From Nannocystis bainbridge (GTDB lineage Bacteria; Myxococcota_A; Polyangia; Nannocystales; Nannocystaceae): a stretch of 64,000 nucleotides of DNA. The stretch covers positions 417,724 through 481,723 of the forward strand of contig NZ_JAQNDL010000002.1 in the NCBI RefSeq assembly GCF_028368995.1, given 5' to 3'. The number at the start of each line of letters is the position of its first letter. Positions within the stretch are counted from its first letter, which is position 1. The notes beneath the pieces are model-generated. The model saw only the letters and a program-made list of their open reading frames with translations. It searched no databases and had not been told where the DNA came from. A program made the position numbers and the translations under genes. Of this stretch, positions 57,093 through 64,000 are shown one piece after another.

Positions 57093-58849
57093 GGCTTGTC
57101 TCCTTCGCTGTCGTCGCCGGCGACGACGGTGCCCGCAGGGTGGGCGAAGCGGAAATCATCGTGGGTGACGAGGGCGACGAGCAAGCGGTCGAAGCGGTTG
57201 CCGGACAGGGCCAGCTCGTCCTCGATCTCGGCGACGGTGTCGGTCTCGCGCGGCAGCGGCAGGCGGCCGCCGGCGTAGGTGTAGAGCTTGCGCACGAGGC
57301 AGTTGGCGACGACCGGGTGCTCGCGCAGGAGCAGCGCGAGCTCGCTGCCGTCGGCGAAGTACTGGCCGTCGAGCTCGCCGCTGGCGTCGATGGTGAGGCC
57401 CTGATCGGTGGGGCGCCAGCGGCCGACGGTGTCGAAGTGCTCGAGCGCGAGGCCGAGCGGGTCGGTGATGTTGTGACAGCCGGAGCAGGCCGGGTCGGCG
57501 CGGTGGGGCTCGAGCTTCTCGCGCAAGGTCTTGGGGCCGGGGTCCTGCATCTCGCCGTCGTCGAGGTTGGTGTCGACGGTGGGGGGCGGCGGCGGGACGG
57601 TGCGGCACAGCAGCGACTCGGCGATGAACTGGCCGCGCTCGGTGGCGGAGGTGCGGGCCGGCAGCGAGTTCATGGCGAGCACGAGGGCGCTGCCGATGAG
57701 GCCGCGGCGCGGGCTATCGGGCGGGAGCATGGCGGCGCGGAAGCCGTCGGGCTGGACCTCGTCGAGGCCGTAGATCTTGGCCAGCTCGTTGTTGACGAAC
57801 ACTTTTTGCCCGTCGTAGAGGCTGAAGAAATCGGCCGGTTGATCGAACACGACGTCCTCGACGCGGGCGAGCAGCTCGTCGCGCATGACGGCCTTGAGGG
57901 TCGGGGTCCACTCGGGGAAGAGGGTGTCGTCTTTGACCTTCTCGCCGAGGGCCCAGAGGCCGTAGAGCTCGGTGATGAAGTTGTGCACGCCCTGTCGCGC
58001 GCGCGGGTCGGCGAGCATGCGCACGGCCTGGGCGTGGACGCCGGCGCTGTCGGCGAGCAGGTCGGCCTCGGCGGCGTCGAGCAGGGCCTCGTCGGGCACG
58101 GTGTTCCACAGGGTGAAGGCCAGGCGCGAGGCCATCTCCCAGGCGGTGAACTTGAGCCGGCCGCCGTCGTCGGGCGAGGGCAGGCCGAGCTCGACGCGGT
58201 AGAGGAAATGCGGGGCCTGCAGCAGGGCCCACACGGCGTGGCGCAGGCCGACGACGACGTCGCCGGTCTCGCCGCCGATCGCGGCGGCGATGCCGAGGTA
58301 GCGATCGAGCTCGACGCTGGTGAGCGGGCGTCGCCAGGCGCGGCGGCCGAAGGTGGCGAGGGCGTCGCGCATGCACGGCACGTCGTCGAGCTGGGTCGGG
58401 ACGCAGCGCAAGATCTGGGCGACGCGCGCGGGGTCGCTGAAGGCCTGGGCGGTGGCGTCGCCGATCGCCTGCTCGTACTTGGCGACGCCGGCCGGCGAGA
58501 GGGCGACGCGCGCGGCCCCGACGGCGAAGAAGCCGTCCTGCGACGAGTCGGCCTCGACGGCGCCGATGCTGACGGGGCCGAGCAGATCCTGCACGGCGTG
58601 GGTGAACTCGGCGGCGGTGAGGCGCCGCAGGGTCGGGCCGGGGACGGCCTGCGGGGCGTCGGGCGCGTCGCCGTCGCTGTCGCTGTCGCTGGTGGTCGGG
58701 GCGGGGTCGCCGGTGAGGTCGCCGGTGGTGGCGAGCGTGGTGGTGCCGGCGCTGCCGTCGGCGTTGGCGCTGACGCCCTGATAACAGGCCGAGGCGCCGA
58801 GCAGCGCCGCGAGCAGAGCGCCGAATACGTAGGAGTCGCCGCGTCTCAT
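57089..58849 (-). CDS. DUF1592/DUF1588/DUF1587-type multi-domain secreted protein (partner of DUF1552)
   Basis: SD CGGAGG before ATG. Signal MRRGDSYVFGALLAALLGASAC. Conserved C-terminal CxGCH-like motif (DPACSGCHNITDPLGLALEHFD), characteristic of the Planctomycete-type PSD/DUF1588 family. Confidence 0.8.
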   Translation of the reverse strand: MRRGDSYVFGALLAALLGASACYQGVSANADGSAGTTTLATTGDLTGDPAPTTSDSDSDGDAPDAPQAVPGPTLRRLTAAEFTHAVQDLLGPVSIGAVEADSSQDGFFAVGAARVALSPAGVAKYEQAIGDATAQAFSDPARVAQILRCVPTQLDDVPCMRDALATFGRRAWRRPLTSVELDRYLGIAAAIGGETGDVVVGLRHAVWALLQAPHFLYRVELGLPSPDDGGRLKFTAWEMASRLAFTLWNTVPDEALLDAAEADLLADSAGVHAQAVRMLADPRARQGVHNFITELYGLWALGEKVKDDTLFPEWTPTLKAVMRDELLARVEDVVFDQPADFFSLYDGQKVFVNNELAKIYGLDEVQPDGFRAAMLPPDSPRRGLIGSALVLAMNSLPARTSATERGQFIAESLLCRTVPPPPPTVDTNLDDGEMQDPGPKTLREKLEPHRADPACSGCHNITDPLGLALEHFDTVGRWRPTDQGLTIDASGELDGQYFADGSELALLLREHPVVANCLVRKLYTYAGGRLPLPRETDTVAEIEDELALSGNRFDRLLVALVTHDDFRFAHPAGTVVAGDDSEGDKP

Positions 58850-59184
58850 GGACCTCCGGGCGCGCGCGATCGCGGAGCGAGGGCGGACGCTCCGGCAACG
58901 TAGCGCCGAGCGCACGCGGCCGTCAACGCGGGCAGAAATCACGAGCGTCGCAAGCCCGCGCGCACGGAGGCGCTGGAGCGCGCGAGGCAGGGGTCTGCGG
59001 TCCGCACACGCGGTGGAGCGACCTGCGGGCGCGAGGCCGCGAGGGGGATGTCCCTTGGGACAGGTTGATGGCGAAGTCGATGCGCCGGCTGAAAGAACAT
59101 GTCCGAAGAGACATGGCATGGGATGTCGGGCGCGATTGCGATCGTCGCCTGCCGCGGAGACTTTGTTACCCTCGCGCCATTCTC

Positions 59185-60720
59185 ATGACTTCCACGCTTC
59201 GCGCGCCCCTGGTCCTCTTCACGTCGCTGCTGGCCGCCTGCGGGCCCGGCGAACCGTCCGACAGCGAGAGCGGCAGCGAGGGGGAGCCGACCTCGACGTC
59301 GACCACATCGACGACGGGCGAGCCGAGCACGGAGGCGCCGACGACCACGACGCCGGGCACGACCACGGTCGACGAGACGACCACCGAGGCGGGCACGACG
59401 GGTGAGCCGGGCGAGCCGGTCGGCTGTGAGCGGCTGGCGGGACCGGCCGACGGGCCTGTGGACTGGTACCTGCGCTGCGGCGGTCTACAGGACGAGCGCA
59501 TCACGGGGATCGCCACCGACGCCGCCGGGGCGATCTACGTCGGGATCGAGCTGCGCGTGCTCGAGGGGTCGTCGCCGCTGCTGATCGGCGAGGTCACGGT
59601 GACGCCCGGCGAGCTGTCCGACATCCTGCTGATCAAGCTGTCGAGCGCGGGCGAGCCGCAGTGGGTGCGTCACTTCACCGGACCCGGGGACCAGAGCGTG
59701 TACGGCCTGGTCGCGTGCGGCGGCGGCGTAGCGATCCACGGCTGGGCCGAGGGGGAGTCGCTCGATCTCGGCGGCGGGCCGATCGGCGGGGCGTTCCTCG
59801 CGTCGTTCGACGCCGAGGGCCAGCACCGCTGGAGCCGCGCGGTGCCGGCGGTGAATGACGACGGGCACGTGACGTTCTCCGCGATGGCGTGCGACGGGGC
59901 GGGCACGCTCGCGGTCACCGGCGATCTCCGCCACGGCGCCGATTTCGGCGGCGGGCCGGTCATGGCGCCCGAGCTGTACGACGGCTTCGTCGTCACGTAC
60001 GACGCCGCGGGCGAGCTGCAGTGGGCGCGGCAATTCGGCAGCACGGGCGACGCCACGGCGCGCGGGCGGGCGCTGGCGTTCGCGCCGGCGGGCGAGGTCG
60101 TGGTGGTGGGCGCGTTCCAGGGCAAGGTCGACCTCGGCGGCGGCACGCTGTCGACGGACTTCCAGGACGACATGCTGGTCGCCAAGTACAGCGCGGCCGG
60201 CGAGCACGTGTGGAGCCAGCAGGTCGGCGACTGGGGCCTGCAGTACGGGACCGCGATCGCGGCCGACTCGGCCGGCGGGATCACGCTCGGGGGCATCTTC
60301 CTCGAGGAGATCGAGATCGGCGCGGACAAGTACACCAACGTGTTCCCGGAGCAGATCCCCGACGCCCACGGGACCCTCTACGACGCCGTGCTGGCGCAGC
60401 TCGATCCGGCCGGGGCGGTGCAGGCGTCGCAGCACGTCGGCACCATGGGCGACGACGACATCATCGACCTCACGTTCGACGCGGCCGATGCGCTGCTGAT
60501 GACCGCCTTCACCGAAGAGGCGTTCACGATGCGCGCGCGGGTCGGCCAGGAGACGACCTGGGAGTGGACGACCGATCAGTTCGCGCGCGCCTACTCGACG
60601 CCGTCGGGCGATGCGGCGGTGCTGCTCGGCGTGTCGGCGGGGGTCGACATCGACCTCGGCGCGGGGCCGCTGGTCGGCCGGGGCGAGACGGACTTCCTGG
60701 TCGTGCGGCTGCGCCGCTGA
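59185..60720 (+). CDS. Beta-propeller repeat lipoprotein with Thr/Pro-rich linker (paralog family)
   Basis: MTSTLRAPLVLFTSLLAAC lipobox. Blades with IYVGIE / VAIHGW / LAVTGD / VVVVGAF motifs, as in the other family members. Confidence 0.75.
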   Translation: MTSTLRAPLVLFTSLLAACGPGEPSDSESGSEGEPTSTSTTSTTGEPSTEAPTTTTPGTTTVDETTTEAGTTGEPGEPVGCERLAGPADGPVDWYLRCGGLQDERITGIATDAAGAIYVGIELRVLEGSSPLLIGEVTVTPGELSDILLIKLSSAGEPQWVRHFTGPGDQSVYGLVACGGGVAIHGWAEGESLDLGGGPIGGAFLASFDAEGQHRWSRAVPAVNDDGHVTFSAMACDGAGTLAVTGDLRHGADFGGGPVMAPELYDGFVVTYDAAGELQWARQFGSTGDATARGRALAFAPAGEVVVVGAFQGKVDLGGGTLSTDFQDDMLVAKYSAAGEHVWSQQVGDWGLQYGTAIAADSAGGITLGGIFLEEIEIGADKYTNVFPEQIPDAHGTLYDAVLAQLDPAGAVQASQHVGTMGDDDIIDLTFDAADALLMTAFTEEAFTMRARVGQETTWEWTTDQFARAYSTPSGDAAVLLGVSAGVDIDLGAGPLVGRGETDFLVVRLRR

Positions 60721-61199
60721 TCAGACCGGACGCGTCAGCTCGACCTGGTCGATATCAGGCCGCCGCCGGCGACGATGGGGAGGTAGTTCCCGCGCTTGCG
60801 GTCGCTGCCGTAGTGGGCGCCGAGAGCGACGCGGAGGTGACGCTCGGCCACGGCCTGCTGGTCTTGATCGGCGCGCTGGAGGTTGTGCGCGCCTTCCTCG
60901 GCCAGCCGCAGCAGCTCGGCGGAGGGGGCTGGACTCGGTCGGCTCGGCTCGTGCGCCACGGCGAGGACGATAGCGGGGCGCCTGCAGCCGGGCAACGTGC
61001 AGTTCCACGCGGGCGCCGCGGGCGCGAGATGGCTTTCGGGACAGGTGTGAAATGGCGCGTGGTGTGGCTGTTAGCTGTCTATGAGGACATGTCCTTAGAG
61101 ACAGCATCTTGGGTGAGCATAAGGAGCGCCCGTGCTCGACTGCGTCACGCGGTGGGGCTCGAGATCACGAGGTCGCCGTGCGACTCGAGCCGCCGACGC

Positions 61200-61745
61200 T
61201 CATGACTTGGGCGGGACGGTGTAACGCAGCTCGATCAGCCCGCGCGGGAAGCGGGTCACGGCGGTGAGCTCGAGCGGGCCCGGCAGGGCGGCGGGCAGCA
61301 GCGGGGCGCCGGCGCCGAGGACCACCGGGATCACGCTGAGCACGATCTCGTCGATCAGGCCGTGGCGGGCGAACTGGGCCGCCAGGTGGCCGCCGCCGAC
61401 CAGCCAGACGTGCTTGCCCGCGGCGGCGCGGACCATGTTGGGGTGGACCGCGGCGAGGTCGTCGGCGGTGAAGCGGATGTCGGCGCCCGGCACGGTCGGC
61501 AGCGCGCGGTGGGTGAACACCCAGGTCGGCATGCCGGCGTACGGCCAGACCTCGAAGCCCTCGGCGAGGATGAACTCGTAGGTCGCGGCGCCCATCGCCA
61601 GCGCGCCGACGCCGGCGAGGAAGGCCTTGTAGTGGGCGTCGAGGCCCTCGACGTCGTTGAACTGAAACAGCCATTGCAGGCGGCCGTCGGCGTCGGCGAT
61701 GAAGCCGTCGAGGCTGGCCGCCACGTAGTACTGGGTTCGTGTCAT
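61200..61745 (-). CDS. Dihydrofolate reductase-like (RibD C-terminal domain/YwjB) family protein
   Basis: MTRTQYYVAASLDGFIADADG...WLVGGGHLAAQFARHGLIDEIVLSVIPVVLG: the RibD_C/DHFR-like fold pattern. Confidence 0.8.
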   Translation of the reverse strand: MTRTQYYVAASLDGFIADADGRLQWLFQFNDVEGLDAHYKAFLAGVGALAMGAATYEFILAEGFEVWPYAGMPTWVFTHRALPTVPGADIRFTADDLAAVHPNMVRAAAGKHVWLVGGGHLAAQFARHGLIDEIVLSVIPVVLGAGAPLLPAALPGPLELTAVTRFPRGLIELRYTVPPKS

Positions 61746-61766
61746 GCGGCGAGCATGACCGCGAAC

Positions 61767-61783
61767 CCTGACAGGACCTGTCA
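61767..61783. promoter_or_regulatory. Perfect palindrome CTGACAGG-A-CCTGTCAG in the 38-bp divergent intergenic region. Candidate operator of the adjacent HTH-WYL regulator
   Basis: 8-1-8 perfect inverted repeat abutting the regulator's GTG start and 22 bp from the DHFR-like start. Confidence 0.5.
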
Positions 61784-62773
61784 GTGATTTTCCGGCAAGA
61801 TGCAGGCGTGCGCTCGAGCCGACTCCTGGCCCTCTTGCTGGTGCTGCAGCGGCGTCAACGGGCCACCGCGGCCGAGCTGGCGGCGGAGCTCGAGGTGTCG
61901 GTGCGCACGCTCTACCGCGACGTCGCGGCGCTGGTGGCCGCGGGCTTTCCGCTGTGGACCGAGCCGGGGCCGCACGGGGGCGTGCGCCTGGTCGAGGGCT
62001 GGCGCACGCGGCTCGACGGGCTGACGGCGGAGGAGGCGAGCGTGCTGTTCCTGTCGGGCGCGCCGCAGGCGGTCACCGATCTCGGGCTCGGCGCGGTGGC
62101 CCTGTCGGCGCGGGCCAAGGTCGACGCCACGCTGCCGGCAGAGCTGCGCGATCGGGCGGGACGGATCCGCGAGCGCTTCCTGCTCGACGCGCCGGCGTGG
62201 TTCTCGCGGCCGGAGCCGCTGCCCGCGCTGCCGATGGTCGCGACCGCGGTGTGGGAGAGCCGCGCGCTCGAGCTGCGCCACGGCGGACGCCCGGGCAGCC
62301 GCCGCGTCGAGCCGCTCGGGCTCGTGCTCAAGGCCGGCATCTGGTACCTGGTGGCGCGCGCGCGCGGCGAGGTGCGCACGTACCGGGTGGGGCGGATCGA
62401 TCACGCGGAGGTGCTGGCCGAGACGTTCGCGCGGCCGCAGCAGTTCGACCTGGCGGCCTGGTGGGCGGCGTCGTCGGCGGCCTTCGATCTGTCGCTGCTG
62501 GTGTATCGCTGCCGCCTCCGCCTGTCGCCGGCCGCCCAGCGAGCGCTGCCGCGGGTGGTGCCGCATGAGGTGGTGCGCCGCCTGCTGGCCGAGGCGGGCC
62601 CGGCCGACGCGCAGGGGTGGATCGAGCTCGAGCTGATGCTCGAGGGCGAGGAGGTGGCGGCCGATCAGCTGAGCGGCCTCGGCGGCGGGGTGGAGGTGAT
62701 CGAGCCGGCGGGGCTGCGACAGCGGCTGCATGCCGTCGGGCTCGAGATGGCGCGCCGGAACGCTGGCCCGTGA
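61784..62773 (+). CDS. HTH + WYL domain transcriptional regulator (YafY/DeoR-like)
   Basis: N-terminal wHTH (LLALLLVLQRRQRATAAELAAELEVSVRTLYRDVAAL). Central WYL-like region (GIWYLVARARGEVRTYRVGRI). GTG start; an alternative GTG lies 7 codons downstream. Confidence 0.8.
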   Translation: MIFRQDAGVRSSRLLALLLVLQRRQRATAAELAAELEVSVRTLYRDVAALVAAGFPLWTEPGPHGGVRLVEGWRTRLDGLTAEEASVLFLSGAPQAVTDLGLGAVALSARAKVDATLPAELRDRAGRIRERFLLDAPAWFSRPEPLPALPMVATAVWESRALELRHGGRPGSRRVEPLGLVLKAGIWYLVARARGEVRTYRVGRIDHAEVLAETFARPQQFDLAAWWAASSAAFDLSLLVYRCRLRLSPAAQRALPRVVPHEVVRRLLAEAGPADAQGWIELELMLEGEEVAADQLSGLGGGVEVIEPAGLRQRLHAVGLEMARRNAGP

Positions 62774-63131
62774 ATGGGGTTGCTCTTGGGACATGTCATC
62801 GAGGACATGCCTTAAAGTACAATGCTTCGAAGACAGGACCTTCAGGACATGTCCGAAGGTTCGTTCGCGGGATGCGCCCGCTTCCAGTTCATGCGATCGA
62901 TTTCGTCGATGAGGCATGGGGGCGTGGAGCGACGGCACGCGCCCCCATGCGTTGCCCGGTCGCTTCGCCGCGGTCCGGGTGGCATCTACGCCGGCTGCGC
63001 AGGGCCCTCGCGGGTCGTCCTGGTCGGCTCCCCGAGGTGGGTTTGCGAAGGTTGTCGCGCGTCGCGCGAGCGCGGGATGCCTCGCCATCGCTCGCGCGGG
63101 CGACCTATGCTCGCGGCCTCAAAGGTAGTCC

Positions 63132-64000
63132 ATGCGCATTCAGCGAAATCTCATCCTCTCGGTCGCCCTCGCGGCGGCCTGCGGCGACGATACGGTCGTC
63201 GTCACCGACAGCGACAGTGCCTCCTCGACGACGACCGGCTCGACGACCGGGGTCGAGGCGACCACCCAGGATGTCACGCCGACCGAACCCGGCACGACCA
63301 CGACCGGGATGACCGGCACGACGACGACGGGCACCACCGATCCGACCACGGGGCAGGTGTCGGCGACCGAGTCGACGAGCGAGACGACGACGACGACGAC
63401 CGGGGAGACGACGACGAGCGAGTCGACGACGACGAGCGAGACGACGACGACGAGTGAGACGACGACGACGGGCGAGACGACGACGACGGGCGAGACGACG
63501 ACGACGACGGGCGAGACGACGACGACGACCGGCGAGACGACGACGACGACGACGACGACGAGCACCGACACCGGCGAGAGCTCGACGACCGAGGGCGAGA
63601 CGGGCGGGCCGGTCGAGGAGGGCTTCGGCTACGCGGGGATGTCGGGCAACAACTCGCTGGTGATCTTCGACCCGCAGACCAAGCAGGTCGTCGGCGCGCC
63701 GGTCAGCCTGCTGCCGCACGCCAGCTATCCGTACGACGCGACCATCAAGCCCGACGGCGCGGAGGTGTGGGTCGTCGGCGCGGTCGGCGACGGCGTCAAG
63801 GTGCTCGACACCGCGACCGGCCTGCTGTCGCAGCAGATCAGCCTGACCGGGGTGGGCGAGTATGCGGTCGACGTGCTCTTCAACCAGGACGGCTCGCGCG
63901 CGTACGTCAGCTCGCGCGACAGCGACGCGCTGGTGTTGATCGACACGGCCAGCTACTCGGTGATCGGAGCGATCGCCGTGCCGGCCGGGATGGAGGGCGG
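63132..64000 (+). CDS. Lipoprotein with long Thr-rich (GETTTT)n linker and YVTN-type beta-propeller. 3' end beyond window
   Basis: Hand-translated (not in the ORF track because no stop lies within the window). MRIQRNLILSVALAAAC lipobox. Repeats TSETTTTTTGETTTSESTTTSETTTTSETTTTGETTTTGETTTTTGETTTTTGETTTTTTTTST. Then LVIFDPQTKQVVGAPV...AEVWVVGAVGDGVKVLDTATG...SRAYVSSRDSDALVLIDTASYSVIGAI (YVTN blades). Confidence 0.75.
   Translation, partial: MRIQRNLILSVALAAACGDDTVVVTDSDSASSTTTGSTTGVEATTQDVTPTEPGTTTTGMTGTTTTGTTDPTTGQVSATESTSETTTTTTGETTTSESTTTSETTTTSETTTTGETTTTGETTTTTGETTTTTGETTTTTTTTSTDTGESSTTEGETGGPVEEGFGYAGMSGNNSLVIFDPQTKQVVGAPVSLLPHASYPYDATIKPDGAEVWVVGAVGDGVKVLDTATGLLSQQISLTGVGEYAVDVLFNQDGSRAYVSSRDSDALVLIDTASYSVIGAIAVPAGMEG
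63360..63560. repeat. Coding microsatellite-like (gagacgacgacgacg/ggcgagacgacgacgacg)n tandem repeats encoding (G/S)ETTTT
   Basis: Direct reading: ~10 imperfect 15-18-bp units. Confidence 0.8.

Overview
The window is ~70% GC DNA that resembles a Myxococcota-type chromosome: many lipoproteins, Cys-rich and beta-propeller repeat proteins, a tandem Ser/Thr kinase and a DUF1552/DUF1588 pair. It is a mosaic of ordinary housekeeping-style operons and accessory material. Most long six-frame ORFs rich in Arg/Gly/Ala are GC-frame artefacts and are not annotated.

Supported genes include:
- Periplasmic Cu/Zn superoxide dismutase (sodC).
- A family of five or more beta-propeller lipoprotein paralogs.
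- A MerR -> VIT/vWA operon whose two genes overlap by four bases.
- A minus-strand mini-cluster of a heme-oxygenase-like diiron enzyme, a carrier protein and a truncated adenylation/hydrolase chimera.
- A short GyrB-like ATPase.
- A LysR regulator divergent from an alcohol dehydrogenase / aldo-keto reductase / short-chain dehydrogenase operon.
- A histone-deacetylase-family gene.
- A low-GC islet carrying a MACPF-like protein with a C-terminal jacalin lectin domain, plus a divergent small beta-rich protein. This is a candidate two-component pore-forming toxin.
- An AraC regulator paired with an NmrA-like reductase.
- A His/Cys-rich 72-aa peptide.
- A SUKH-1 (SMI1/KNR4) immunity-like protein with K/T-rich tandem repeats.
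- A CPBP protease.
- A tandem Ser/Thr kinase whose second domain looks like a pseudokinase.
- A DHFR-like gene paired with an HTH-WYL regulator that has a perfect operator palindrome.

Mobile and decay signatures:
- IS5-family transposase fragments (15.8 kb, 52.4 kb, 53.9 kb).
- A frameshifted P4-type integrase.
- A ~52-bp duplication of the kinase 3' end at 51.1 and 52.35 kb, flanking a low-GC insert.
- Two gene fragments at 31.6 and 34.0 kb that duplicate parts of the genes at 43.8 and 45.1 kb.
- A hydrolase C-terminal remnant.

The most pervasive unexplained signal is a half-site family GGGACA/TGTCCC. It appears as inverted palindromes (CTTCGGGACATGTCCGAAG), everted palindromes (TGTCCC-N3-GGGACA) and tandem arrays at more than 12 loci, mostly intergenic.

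No rRNA, tRNA or CRISPR array was found.
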